DNA of 64,000 nucleotides, from positions 14,322,001-14,386,000 of the forward strand of contig NC_043012.1 of the NCBI RefSeq assembly GCF_006345805.1, given 5' to 3'. Source of the stretch: Octopus sinensis (taxonomy: Eukaryota). The notes beneath the pieces were generated by a model, which worked only from the letters and a program-made list of their open reading frames with translations, was not told the DNA's origin and searched no databases. Numbering within the stretch: the stretch's first letter is position 1; every line of letters starts with the position of its first letter. Both the position numbers and the translations under genes were made by a program. Below, piece by piece: positions 12,401-26,289 of the stretch.

Positions 12401-12569
12401 TAAATTACCTGTATTTACTTGAATGTGCGTGCCTGTGTTTGAATATATGAATATGTATGCACATGTATATGGATAGATAAATACATAGATTCCTAGATAG
12501 AAACAACGAAAGAGAGAGACGGGATTGAATTTAATGGTTTAAACCACAGAAATATTTATACGGGAGGTG

Positions 12570-12611
<42 letters not shown>

Positions 12612-12763
12612 CCAGCAAACCAAATCTTCAAAATGCGAGAAAGTTCTACTGAAAAGTTAACAAGGAATGTTTTTAAAAAATCTCCCCACCCAAATTCACA
12701 AAGAACTTAATAAATCTATGAACTAAAGTGTAAGATTTCTATTATATTATACTAAATTTATAT

Positions 12764-13032
12764 TACTCTTTTTACTCTTTTACTTGTTTCAGTCATTTGA
12801 CTGCGGCCATGCTGGAGCACCGCTTTTAGTCGAGCAAATCGACCCCGGGACTCATTACATCAGTGAAACATTCAGCTGTTTCTTACATATCGGCCCCGGG
12901 ACTCATTCTTTGTAAGCCCAATACTTATTCTATCGGTCTCTTTTGCCGAACCGCTAAGTGTCGGGGACGTAAACACACCAGCATCGGTTGTCAAGCAATG
13001 CTATAGGGGCAAACACAGACACACAAACATAT

Positions 13033-13070
<38 letters not shown>
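12764..13070 (-). mobile_element. tRNA-derived SINE family 1, 3' half, with an internal 35-bp insertion
   Basis: Reverse complement of the 3' half of 13757-14176. Confidence 0.85.
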
Positions 13071-13075
<5 letters not shown>

Positions 13076-13117
13076 CATTAAGATTATATATATATGTATA
13101 TATATTAAGATTATATA

Positions 13118-13303
13118 TTTTTTTTACTTGTTTCGGTCATTTGACTGCAGCCATGCTGGAGCACCGCAAATCGACACCAGGACTTATTCTTTGTAAGCCT
13201 AGTACTCTTTTGCCAAACCGCTAAGTTACGGGGACGTAAACACACCGGTTATCAAGCGATGTTGGGGGGACAAACGCAGACACAGAAACATATACACAGA
13301 CAT

Positions 13304-13358
<55 letters not shown>

Positions 13359-13529
13359 CATATATACGACGGGCTTCTTTCAGTTTCCGTCTACCAAATC
13401 CACTCACAAGGCCTTGGTCGGCCCAAGGCTATAGTAGAAGGCACTTGCCCAAGGTGCCACGCAGTGGGAATGAACCCGGAACCATGTGGTTGGTAAACAA
13501 ACTACTTACCACACAGCCACTCCTACGCC
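13118..13529 (-). mobile_element. tRNA-derived SINE family 1, full length
   Basis: Reverse complement of 13757-14176: A/B-box head, internal (TA)n, hairpin tail. Confidence 0.9.
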
Positions 13530-13756
13530 TGTTATATATATTTATAAATAAAATTTATATCAAATCAAAAAATAATAAATAAACTGATTAGAATTACCAA
13601 TGAAATCCTTTCTTTCCTTACCAAAGATCTCACACATTTTCAAATATATGTATATTATAAGCAAAACATAAACTTTGTTCCATAATTGTTTCTCATTTAC
13701 GTTCGAGGGCAGAAATCTGAGGAAAGAGAATAAATCTGTAACATAAACCTCACTAT

Positions 13757-13921
13757 GGCGCAGGAGTGGCTGTGTGGTAAGTAGCTTGCTAACCAACCAC
13801 ATGGTTCCGGGTTCAGTCCCACTGCGCGGCATCTGGGGCAAGTGTCTTCTGCTATAGCCCCGGGCCGACCAATGCCTTGTGAGTGGATTTAGTAGACGGA
13901 AACTGAAAGAAGCCCGTCGTA

Positions 13922-13953
<32 letters not shown>

Positions 13954-14176
13954 AGTGTGTGTGTATATGTTTGTGTGTCTGTGTTTGTCCCCCTAGCATA
14001 GCTTGACAACCGATGCTGGTGTGTTCACGTCCCCGTCACTTAGCGGTTCGGCAAAAGAGACCGATAGAATAAGTACTGGGCTTACAAAGAATAAGTCCCG
14101 GGGTCGACTTGCTCGACTAAAGGCGGTGCTCCAGCATGGCCGCAGTCAAATGACTGAAACAAGGAAAAGAGTAAAG
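13757..14176 (+). mobile_element. tRNA-derived SINE family 1, full length
   Basis: A box TGGCTGTGTGGT, B box GGTTCAGTCCC, central domain, internal (TA)n, 3' hairpin CAGTC-AAAT-GACTG and purine-rich tail. Other copies at 7738-7935(+), 28900-29130(+), 53565-53940(-) and 56560-56890(-). Confidence 0.9.
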
Positions 14177-14280
14177 AGAGAGAGAGAGAGAGTATGTGAA
14201 TGGTACTTTATTTAATCAAATTCGAAAGAATTAAAGGAAAACTTGACACGAACATCATTTTAACTCAGAAAGCTAATCGT

Positions 14281-14659
14281 CTCTCTAGAAAAACGACAAC
14301 GCCGTGGTGATCTCATTCTTGCTCATAACATCATAAGTGGAAAGTGTAACCTCTCGAAAGAGCTGTTCTTCAATCCTGCTCCAGAGCGTCGGCTGCGGGG
14401 TCACTCCGAAAAGCTCTATCTGCGACGATTTCATCTCAATCGAAGGTGAGGAGCTTTCTCCGTCCGGATTGCGGATCCGTGGAATAAGCTGCCGGACGAG
14501 ATAGTGAAGATGCTGACGACCGCTCGGGTCAAAGTCTCTCTTGACCAGAAATGGCCTGAACTCTTTGCATGAACACCCTCCCTGTACATAACTCCATGTC
14601 CCCCTACATGGCCTTGCTTTTTGCTTTTTGAGCCAAAAAATTAACTTAACTTAACTTAA
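14281..14659 (+). mobile_element. 3' end of a CR1-group LINE
   Basis: SLEKRQRRGDLILAHNII...RGHSEKL...FSVRIADPWNKLP...LDQKW* followed by a short UTR and a (TTAAC)n tail. Confidence 0.85.
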
Positions 14660-14966
14660 TTCAAAATCAATTCTTCTAGGATATTGAGAATTCTATAAGC
14701 TTGCCTCCTTCATTTGGCGAATAATTTTGCAATGAAACAGCTGGAATATTTTTATGCATCTTGGACGGATAAGGTCGAATAAGAGCATGTTCAGGAATAA
14801 GAAGATGCATATGTATGCGTGTGTGTATGAGTGTGTATGGATTTGCATATGTGTGCTCATATATGTGTAATTAATTTAACAAGTGCTACGAACGAATTCC
14901 GCTCATTTGTCTTGCTTATATAGCTTTACAGCTATAAGTATGTGTGGGAGTGCGTGTGTCCATGTG

Positions 14967-15012
<46 letters not shown>

Positions 15013-15771
15013 GAATGGAAAGAGAGAGAAATAAACTTCGCTCAACTCACCAATTTATTTTGCTTTTATGAAAATTTCAATTCTCCCGAATCAAAAAATT
15101 AAAACGTAGATTATCCCCTCAAAAGCATACTCTCCTCTATCACTAGATTATCATTTTATATTATATTAATATATATATATTTTCTTCTCGTGACAGTTGG
15201 TTTCTAAATCATTCATAAAATATCAATCAATTTACTCCAGAACCTCAAATATTTGCATATATATTTAATCTAATTTAGTTGAATAGAGTAATTTTTTTTT
15301 CGTTTGAAATGGGAAACAAAGTTGAATTGTTTATATATCAGCGAAACGGAGACTAAATAATTGCAAACTGTGATTTTTTTTCCTTTGTGTATATTTCACC
15401 AACTCCTTTCCCTTTGTACCCTTCTAAATCTATTCAACAATCAACAAAATATTACATAGAGGCATTTGATTTTTGTTGATGCTAATAAAGTCAATATAAA
15501 GATATATTTAAACAACAGCCCCATCAACCGATAAATAACATCGTTATCTTCGCCCTTGCGGCGAAGTTTGTTTTTTCAATAAAATTATATAATCCACCCT
15601 CTAGCCAACGTTATTACTAATAAACACGAAAGCACCATCCCACACAAAAAATATATAGCCCGATCAATATATTGATTAGATTATATGATGAACACATGTT
15701 GATAACCAACTGCTTTCTCAGACGTTGAATACATATGCATACGTACGTACATACATACATACATACATACA

Positions 15772-15805
<34 letters not shown>

Positions 15806-15809
15806 CATA

Positions 15810-15868
<59 letters not shown>

Positions 15869-15874
15869 TATATA

Positions 15875-16247
15875 TAGTGTACATTTAAACACCAAAAGAG
15901 ATGACCCATAACAGGCCGCTTTATATGATAGAAGGAGCAGTCAAAACGGCCAAAATGACAAGCAATTTCGAAGGGAATGAAAAATAGAAACTTTTATCAT
16001 GTTTTACAGCCGGACCTAGGTTTCGAACTTTAATGTTGGGCACAACCACTGACGAGAACTTCGCCTAGCAAATTATTTCATTTGCTAAAATTCGAAATAA
16101 GGTCTGGCTGTAAAACATGGTAAAAGTTTTTACGTTTCATTCCCTTCGAAATTGCTCTTAACCCTGGTTTTGGGCGTTTTGACTGTTCCTTCTAGCATTC
16201 AAATGGCCTGTTAAGTGTCACCTCTTTTTGTGTTTAAATGTACACTA
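15875..16247. mobile_element. Palindromic MITE with arms of about 160 bp, TA-flanked
   Basis: TAGTGTACATTTAAACAC...CAGCCGGACC is matched by the reverse complement GGTCTGGCTG...GTTTAAATGTACACTA. Confidence 0.75.
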
Positions 16248-16345
16248 ATTTTATATGAAAAATATGTTGTCTATTGACTTTTTATATATGCTAGGCTACT
16301 GGTAGAATAATTTCTAAAATTTTGCTATATTTCTATATTTTTTAA

Positions 16346-16405
<60 letters not shown>

Positions 16406-17383
16406 CATATTTATACTAATAAAAGGGTTCAGCAAAGATTTGCCTCACCACACACCGAAGTTTAGAAATAGCAGCCAAAAATCTTAGCTATTTCTTCTAC
16501 TTTAAAAAGGGTCTTCCAGAGAAACCAAAATACTTGAAGGTTATTCACACAGGCAGAGAGTAAAGCAACGATAATCAATCAATATCTGGTCGTCCATGGA
16601 TCGCGTTTCTGAATTAGGTTTTTCATAAAGAATATTTAAAAAATATACTTTACTAACCATATTCTTCATCAGCATGGTTTTCCACGATAATTCGAAGGTA
16701 CTAGAATAGTTGAACGAATCTTTCCACCTAACGGCATTAGACCACTCATGTTCAATTTTAGCACCGCTAAATTCAAAATATAAATGAGCTTCGCTTAGCA
16801 TCCCCTGTCCTTCCACGTGGGTCTTCAAGTAAAATACTACAGAAAAAAATCTGCAGTTTGTTCTCAGGGAGAAAATTCTGTTATCAATAATAAATTAGTT
16901 AATTAAGAAGTAATCAATAATTTCACCAAGTAGAATTCGGTATGAAAATAGGACCGTTTCACGGCAAACTTAAGTGGTCTAATGCCGTTAGGTGGAAAGT
17001 ACCTTCGAATTATCGTGGAAAACCATGCTGATGAAGAATATGGTTAGTAAAGTATATTTTTTTATATTCTTTATGAAAAACCTAATTCAGAAACGCGCGT
17101 CCATGGACGACCAGATATTGATTGCTTTTCGTTGCTTTACTCTCTGCCTGTGTGAATAACCTTCAAGTATTTTGGTTTCTCTGGAAGACCCTTTTTAAAG
17201 TAGAAGAAATAGCTAAGATTTTTGGCTCCTATTTCTAAACTTTGGTGTGTGGTGAGGCAAATCTTTGCTGAACCCTTTTATTAGCATTACTTAAGTTTGC
17301 CGTGAAACGGTCCTTTTTTCATACCGAATTCTACTTGGTGAAATTATTGATTACTTCTTAATTAATTAATTTTACCCTTTGTT

Positions 17384-17428
<45 letters not shown>

Positions 17429-17805
17429 TACATAAATATAGGCATATATACATACATATATTTACATAACTACATATATATGTATGTATACATGCATATA
17501 TGGGTAGAGGACATAAAAAACGTTGAACACAATGAGAAACGAAAACATAAAAACAAAAACATAGAAAACGAACTTTTTTTCGAACAAAGAAAAAAACAAA
17601 CTGAGAAACGAGACAGACAACATAAAGAATATTCCCTTTCATAAGTTGTCCCTGTTTCATCTACTCCCCTTCTCAGAGGCAAGGACAATACGCGACTTCG
17701 TTGAAACAGTCCTTCCCGCAAAGCAAATTAAAGAAAATTTGGGATTTTTTGCGGAGAGTGAAAAATGTAACCAGAACAGGACAGTGAGAACAAGAAAGTA
17801 AAAAC

Positions 17806-18297
17806 TTTATAAGTTGTTTATAAATTTAACCTTTAAAGGTATTTTTTTAATATACTCGCCATTGATAGAATTTTTTTCGAAAAATTTTTTCCTATATTAG
17901 ATGTAAGTTTAATAGCGTTCACTTCCGGACTCTCTCACTCAGTGAGAGTTATCAGTTCGAATCGCACGTGTCTCAGGGTGTGCTGGAGAATTTCTATTTT
18001 GGATATATTTGGGGTACTTCATTTTGCTCATGACTTAGTGTTTGCTTCTTCCATGGGTATAAGTAAGTATTTCATTTATTCCTTTGCCGCATTTATCACT
18101 GATGAAGAGAAGGTTCTTATTAATTAACTCTGAAATCGGGTCCGATATGGTAATAACGGAATTTTTTTAGAAATTTCTGACGGCTTTCTTCGAGACACGT
18201 ACTTATAGTGATAGATTATATGGTTATTGATGAGGTGTCTATTTTCGGCATATTTGGCATTAGAAATTTTTTCTTCTTTTGCCCTTGTTTATAAGTT
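17806..18297. repeat. About 480-bp interspersed repeat, copy 2
   Basis: Direct sequence match to 2868-3345 throughout. Confidence 0.7.
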
Positions 18298-19975
18298 GGT
18301 TATATATATATATATATATATATAAATGTGCATTTATTCATGTATTCTTCCCTGTGTGTATGTGTGTGTGTAAAAGTTAACAGTTTTGATGTATTTTGAA
18401 AAACAGCGTGGAACGAAATGTGGGAAATAAATTTTCATATTACGTGTATTTTGAGCTTTCGATGTTCAACTTTTTCAGGTCTAACCAGGATAGAAAAGTT
18501 GTTTTCGGTAATATTACTCTCTATTTCTGATTTAGTATTGAAGTAAGAATTATTATAAGGTATTTTTCTTTTGCCTTACGGCCTTTCGAAGTTAATCATT
18601 TTCGTAATTTATTTTGAAACAAAGAGAATATTTTTCCATTTCACAAACGTCTCGATATTCACGACCTGTCTGTGAGAAGAACCTTTAATGTGCTGCTCGT
18701 GCACTTTCACACATTTGGTTAGTTTTGATTCTTTTTCTCAGCACTATGGACATGCGAAGCACTAGAAAATATTCTTTTATTATTATTTTATTTACTTATT
18801 TTTTTGTAATTCATGTTTGCATTCTCTTTCAGTTTCTTCCCATTCTTGAATCGCTTTAGTTCCTCATTCTTCACTTATTTCACTCGTCCATCAACAAGGG
18901 TTTCTATCGTTTGCTACCTGCATCATTTCTTTCTCCGATGTGAATCTCACCTTTGTAAGGAATCTTTTATGATTTGGCATCTTCTTCGGCTGGCGGGAAT
19001 TTGTGATTCTTAAATTATTCATCGATTTGACGATTGATGTAGAACTAGGATGTATCGTTTGGCCGAATGTTAGAAGTTGCGATTTCAAGAATTAGGGATG
19101 ACTAAAAATGGAATATTTATGTTTATGATTTTGTTTTCGCCCTCACTGTGAATGTTTCTGCATAAGACAGAGATAGAGATTTCTTTTATTTCGGTTATGG
19201 TAGAATTTAGTAAACTTTGGGGTATTTTTGTTTCTGTAAGAATATATTTAATTCTAGCAGATATTTCTGTTGTCTATTTGTACCTGTAACTATTGAGCGT
19301 AGACGTTTTGCCAATGTGGAATAGATGGCAAGATCTAAAATTTGAATAGTAGTGAAAGTCCTTGCAGTAGAGAAATGCTGCAACTGTTTCATTTTCTTTA
19401 ATTATCAGAATGATTGCACAATACACACAATTTGAAAATTTCTCACCAAAATGTTCAGGCATGGCATTTTGCTTTTCAAGACACTTTTGTGAATAATTCA
19501 TAACATTTTAGAAAATTTATTTATCTATACATATAAATTTGACATGGGCGATTCTTTCTTGTCTTACGATTCACGGTCAAACGGCTGGATGGAATTGCGC
19601 AAAAAATTACACAGATGCGTAGAATAATCCGGGGGTGTTGCTGGGCTTCGTATTTTTTCATAGCTCCTATGGTTCCGGAGATAATCTACCATAATAATAC
19701 TCTCGTGTTTATGAATGAGAAGGGAAGGGGTGATAGATAAATAAGGAAGGAAGAGGTGATGTCATACTTTGTAGTGGGATGATGAAAATTGTACGCTGAA
19801 AAAATAAATCGAACAGCGTTTCAACTCTGTGTAAATATATGTTTGTGTATGTAAAAGGGGTGTATGTGAATGTGTGTGTGCGAGTATGTGTGTGTATTTG
19901 TGTGAGTGTGTGTATGTGTGCGTGTGCGCAAGCAATGTACAGTGTCTCATAACTTCAGTTTTATATTTCTTGTAG

Positions 19976-20066
19976 AAAGATGAATGCGTTGACGTAACAC
20001 CAAAAATGAAGGCGGAAGATAAGGATCCAGTGAAGAAATCTCCGATTAAATATGTAATTACTGACG
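19976..20066 (+). CDS. Cadherin-related gene, internal exon 3 (KDECVDVTPKMKAEDKDPVKKSPIKYVITDG)
   Basis: TTTCTTGTAG acceptor and G|GTAAAT donor; 91 nt, phase 0/1. A-x-D-x-D motif followed by I-x-Y-x-I. Confidence 0.88.
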
Positions 20067-20634
20067 GTAAATAGCATTTTTATTTTTTTACTATTTGATT
20101 GACATACACCGGAAATATTAGTGTTGTGCATGTTTTGTCTTGATTAAACCTACTACAGCAGATTTATCATCAAAACGTGACAATCATGATTATCTCTTTG
20201 TTAATTCAAACAGTTATCTAAAAGTACATTGTTCAATGTGTTCTTCATATCATAAGATGTCCGGATCTAAAGGATGAGGGATTGGCTGCTCTTTCTAACA
20301 GATGAGGTTGATCAAATACAGCCTTCCACTTCGATCGGCATATTGCTGATATTCTTGATATCGAAACTAGACTACGATAAAAAAAAAATCAATTTAATTA
20401 ATATTGGTTTCAAATTTTGGCACAAGGCCAGCAAGTTCAAGGGAGTGGGTAAGACGATTACAACGACCTCAGTGTCTAACTGGTACATACTTTTTTGACC
20501 GCGAAAAGATGAAAGGCAAAATCGACTGCAGCGAAATTCGAATTCAGAAAATAAAGTTGGACGAAATGACACTAAATATTTTACCTGAGCGGCTAAAAAT
20601 TCTGCCATTATTTTGATAAACAACAAATATTGTA

Positions 20635-21700
20635 CAGGGGGTATGAGCTAAATTTAATATCTGTTTTTCGAGATTAGTTGCATGCATTCCTCAAAAATCA
20701 ACGGCGTTGGAGAGTATCAAGTTTAAGTTTGAAGTTGAGAAAATGTTGGAGAACTGGGAGCCATCTGAATATTGGAAAATAGTTAATATCAGGATGTTTT
20801 GTGCAGGATATCAGAATCCCCACATCATAACTGTGGCACAATATTTTATAAACACAGTAAAGGCTCTAAGATGTGACATGAACGGCTGCAACGCGGACAT
20901 ACGAAGCCGTACCCTGCAGTAAGGGACACACTAGGTGTTCAAACTGTGTCTGGACGTCGGAGTTCAGCGCTACAAATTTGGACAGGGTTTTAGCCTCAAT
21001 ACGGTTGGCCAAATGAAACTGTTGAAGACTGTTGGAGGCGGCGAACTAGCAGAGTCGTTAACACTCCGGACGAAATGCTTAGCGGTATTTCGTCTGCCGT
21101 TACGTTCTGAGTTCAAATTCAGCCGACTTTGCCTTTCATCCTTTCGAGGTCGATTAAATAAGTACCAGTTACGCACTGGGGTCGATATAATCGGCTTAAT
21201 CCGTTTTGTCTGTCCTTGTTTGTCCCCTCTATGTTTAGCCCCTTGTGGGCAATATAGAAATGGGTACTTCATCTGCCGTTACGTTCTGAGTTCAAATTCC
21301 GCCGAGGTCGGCTTTGCCTTTCATCCTTTCGGGGTTGATAAATTAAGTACCAGTTACACACTTGGGTCGACGTAATCGACTTAATCCGTTTGTCTGTCCT
21401 TGTTTGTCCCCTCTATGTTTAGCCCTTTGTGGACAATAAAGAAATAAGAAACTGTTGAGGGCTATGATCAAACCCTAGCTGGAGAAAGTTGCAGCTAGAA
21501 GGTGATATGCGTGGCAGCAGGATTTGCCCACTTGCCATCCCTCTGGAAAGTCTGAGACGTGGTTGTCGGAGAATTTCTACGATTTCCCCATTCCCAATTT
21601 CTGGCTTCATAATCCCCTCGAGCATAATCCCATGGCTCACTATGAGTGGAGTGCGGTCGAGAAAGAATAATGCTCGTGTTATAACTGCCTCTCCTAATAA
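20635..21700 (+). pseudogene. Internally deleted Tc1/mariner (maT/DD37D-like) transposon interrupted by a SINE
   Basis: N-terminal WEPSEYWK... and C-terminal LEKVAARR*YAWQQD...WLSENFYDFPIPNFW...NPM...WSAVEKE match maT-type transposases. Confidence 0.7.
21037..21446 (+). mobile_element. tRNA-derived SINE family 2, head plus two body units
   Basis: GGCGGCGA(G)CTGGCAGAA head and GAGTTCAAATTC B box; the body restarts near 21265. Confidence 0.85.
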
Positions 21701-21755
21701 AAATGTCTTCAACTTGGGATGTAGCTCGTATATATATAGATAGATGATTAGATAT

Positions 21756-21874
<119 letters not shown>

Positions 21875-24800
21875 TCTCGAGTAATAACTGTCTCTCCTAA
21901 AAAACATGTCTTAGACCTGGAACGTACCTTGTATACAGATAGATAGACAGGCAACAAACAGATAGAGAGAGAGAGGGAGAGAGAGAGTTTACTGTTCCGT
22001 TAAGATAAGATTAACAAGAAGTACTCCATCCAGTAAGAGATAAATATCATTTATTATACACAGTATAAAGATGCGACCAACTAACAGTTTCTCGATATAC
22101 ATGTCGAGGCAGGATTTTATAAGACGTCTAGTGTCTCCAAGCAATCTTAGGCTTTGAGTAAATGATCTGTTCAGTTGAACAGATACAAATACACACACAC
22201 GCGTGTGTGCACACGTGTATGTATGTGTGTGTGTCTGTGTGTTTGTACGGTATAGCTGAACACAGTACAGGAAAACTCAAGGCTAGAGTTGAAAGCATTT
22301 AGTGAGATTCCCCCCAGGGAAATGAAATCCAAAAATGTGTAGAAGGCAATCTAACTTCTAGGCTGCCAACATACCTCCTCCCTCTGCAATCGTAACAGTT
22401 ATTTCTTGCCAATCGAGCAAAAACGTGGTGGTCCTCTACATAGAGATTCTCGTATATATGATCTCTGAAGCAAAATCTAATTATTTCGAGTGATTCACGT
22501 TTTTATTACATTTCTTCTGGACAATGTATATATTTTCATAAATGCTTGTTTTTGTTGTAATAGTTGTTGTTCGTTGCGGTGGTGGTAATAGTGGTAGTGG
22601 CGAAAGACGCGGTGGTGATAGTGGCGTTGATGATGGCGGCAATGTTGATGCCGGTGTAGACATGTTGATGCTGATGCCGGCTGCTTACCTCAAATCCAAT
22701 TCTTCGTATCTTTTATAAGGGTTAACAATTGTCAAGTTTATCCCCCCCCCCCTAGAAAGATGAAGAATTGAATTAGGAACTATATTTTTTCAAACATCAT
22801 TCAAGACTGAATTTAATATGAAAATATCAGTCGTCAATTTCTTAAAATTATTTCTCTTCACCGAGTGGGTCTCTAACAACTTGCTCAAAATATTTGTTTT
22901 GTTTCTCCAAGTTAGAAGTAAAAGTAATTTTTTATCAATTAGGAACTCTAGTGTATAACATTTAGTACATCCTTTGATGAATTAATTACCGAAATTCTTG
23001 ACATTGAGCCACTTGAGTTTTAATTAAGTTTTAATTATAGAAATTTTGCTGTCCAAATGTTATTTGTAAGTCTTTATACCAGAATCAAAATCCGCTGTAA
23101 ACTGAGCGGTAGCCACGATTAGTCTATTCAATAGGGACCAAGTCATTAGTTATCTCTTACATGCAAACAAGAATGAAACATGCTTTTCTGTAATTATGTA
23201 AATTAGGTTTGAGAAATAGTTTCTAAATTTCTTTAAAATGCCCCACGTACAACGGCCGTCATGTTTTTCTTTCATTTCCAAACAAGGGAAAATTCAAATT
23301 AGTATTTGCGGACATGTATATAATTTTTCATTTAATTAGCTTACAAATATCAATTTATTGCTTTTTTTAATGATCATGTTTCGGTACACTTCTTTTGCTT
23401 CTGTAATTAGTGTTTTCTCATACCTGTCGTTGTTTTCCAACTCACGTTTAACGGTGATTAAAAAAATATTCTATAAAAGACAAAAATTTGTTTTATTTCT
23501 TCTCCTGGTCGCAAATAGGAATATTTCTTTAAAGACTGCCTCTGTGATTTTCATTGGATTCACACACTCCCCTAATATTATTTTGTTTATTTTATTCTTC
23601 AAATTAATTAAGATGATCTAGCATAATGTTGATCAAACTTGCTCTGAGTGTGAACGACTCGATTTGATTTTTTACTACTTTATTTTATTTTTATTTCATT
23701 TTATTATATTGTTTGTCCACTTTACATAATCATAATGCATTACCCACTGTGATGATAGTGTGGTATAATTGGGGATGGAGTATTTCAAAATAATTTCGCG
23801 TACACTTTAATTTTGGAGGTCCAATGACTTTTATACTGTTTTTGTCTTTTTATTTCTTAGTGCGAAAGACGGGGACACTCTTAATCAGTATTCTTCTCCA
23901 CAAAATAAATATTGTTAATATGAATTGTTTTGATACACAATATTTTGCTACCAGTTGCATAGCAATCTGTAGAAACTGAAAAATATTAAGAAATAAGATA
24001 TATCTTCGTCTTAACTCTATCACAATTGATATTAGTTTCCAGAAATAAACAATAATCAATTTACAAGACAGACTAATAACAATCAAAAACTTTAGACGTG
24101 TGGAACATATGAACTATCATTGCTTTTATGAAATTGAATTAATATTATACCTCAGCTTAATGCGGCGAACTGGCAGAATCGTTAGCAAGCCGGACAGAAT
24201 GCTTAACATTTTATGTCTTCCTGAGTTCAATTTCCGCCGAGGTCGACTTTGGTTTTCATCCTCTGAGGGCCTTCTGCCAAAATTTGAAACCAATATTATA
24301 ACTCAGCTTTAAATGATGAAACTCGTAGTGAATAAAATCGATTGAGAAAAAGATCAGTGAATCTATGATAAATAAGATGGGTTGTACCGAGCATGAGAGC
24401 AATTCAAAATAATTATTTTGATTATTTCGGCATCTTTCATTTGGTGTAGCGTTGATCAATTTAATAGGAATTTTACATTTGTGATATATGCACTGGCTCG
24501 GGAACGAAATTTGCTTAGGGACTGCAAACCCAGTTCCAAAAATATTTACAAATAAGGTCTTGTTTCTTTTTGATATTTATTTTTGTTTTGTTCTTTGAGA
24601 CGGAACCTAACTTCAAGCTACTTTTTACACATCACTTATTTACTGTTTTCTAAACCTGAGAAAAATAAGTAGAAATGCAAATTTTGGTTCTGCACTCCAC
24701 AAAAATTCTAGGGGTGCACTTGCACCACCTGCACCCCCTGTTCCCGGGCCCATCATATATCATATATGATGTTTTTCTGAAAAAGTATATTTCTTTTAGA

Positions 24801-24992
24801 CTTCCGACAGTTTTGTGCAACGACTTCAGAGGAATATATTTCTGTGTTTATACATTTCTGAAAAAGATATTTAGCATGTTTTCCGAACGCTTATTATTAT
24901 AAACTACTTTTGCTTGTTTGTATCAATTTTCTGTTTTCTACAGTAACTTTATCTCTCGAATTGAAACGAGTGAATAAGACAATAAAGACATT

Positions 24993-25382
24993 GGATCTTT
25001 TCGGTTTGAACGGCAGTTTTTAACATAATTTCTAGGTAACTAAAAAATGTTAAACTTCGTATACTGGTAGAATGTGTTTATAAAACATCGTTTTCTCTTG
25101 GCTTTATTGAGAAAATTCTATGGTTTGTAAGATATTTGTTGTTTTTTTTCTTAAATTTCTGCAATTTCAACCAATCACTGACGTGTATTAAGGTGAAAAA
25201 CATTCTGTGCCGTATGAATATGTCCCTCGCTTAAGAAACAGATACCCTTCTCCCCACCCCTAACCCTAACCCTAACCCTAAAACAGATTGAAATGCAATA
25301 GATCGAGACTAAGGTCATAATTATGGGTGATAATTTCATATGACACCGCTAGAAAAAACTGCCGTTCAAACCGAAAAGATCC
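24993..25382 (+). mobile_element. MITE A, Merlin-like, with internal (TAACCC)n
   Basis: 29-bp TIR GGATCTTTTCGGTTTGAACGGCAGTTTTT. Perfect 8-bp TSD AAGACATT at 24985-24992 and 25383-25390. Confidence 0.9.
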
Positions 25383-25556
25383 AAGACATTATATACGTGC
25401 AACATGCCTGGAATTCGAGTATTGCATTTGTTATCGCAAAGCGACCGAAGTACGAAGTTTTTACTTCACTAAATATGCTAGAAATAGCAGCCAAATATTT
25501 AAAAAAATCACTGCACACAAGCGTCTTATAAAAATGATACATCAAGAACTATATTC

Positions 25557-25985
25557 GGATCTTTTCGGTTTGAACGGCAATTTTTTCTAGCGATGTCATA
25601 TGAAATTGTCACCCATAATTATGACCCTAGTATCGATCTATTGCATTTCAATCTGTTTTAGGGTTAGGGTTAGTTAGGGTTAGAGTTAGGGTTAGGTGTG
25701 GGGGAAGGGTATCTTTTTTCTTCACAAATGTAAATAAACCCAATCTGTTTCTTAAACGAGGGGCATATTCATACGGCACAGAATGTTTTTTTACCTCAAT
25801 GGACGTCCCTGATTGGTTGAAATTGCAGAAAAACAACAACAAATATCTTACAAACTATAGAATTTTCTCAATAAAGCCAAGAGAAAAATATGTTTTATAA
25901 ACACATTCTACCAGTATACGAAGTTTAAAATTTTTTAGTTACCTAGAAATTATGTTAAAAACTGCCGTTCAAACCGAAAAGATCC
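25557..25985 (-). mobile_element. MITE B, same family, opposite orientation
   Basis: Same TIRs. 8-bp TSD CTATATTC at 25549-25556 and 25986-25993. Confidence 0.9.
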
Positions 25986-26289
25986 CTATATTCTTATATC
26001 TAATACACCTAATAACTATAGATTAAAGTTTTTCACAGTAAATCTAATAAGAGTTCTGATAATAGTTCTAATAAAAGTCTAATAATCGATCAAGGTGGGT
26101 GTGAAAGGAAAAGACATTACATACAACTAGTGTTGTTATTTCTTAATATCTGACCTGTGAATTCCACTTTAATTCGGAGAGGCTTACCCAACTATAGATA
26201 AATTAACAAATTCATAGTTACCTGTTTGAGAAAAGCTAAAATAGATATATTTGAATATATTTTCATTGTTTTTTTATATATATATATAG

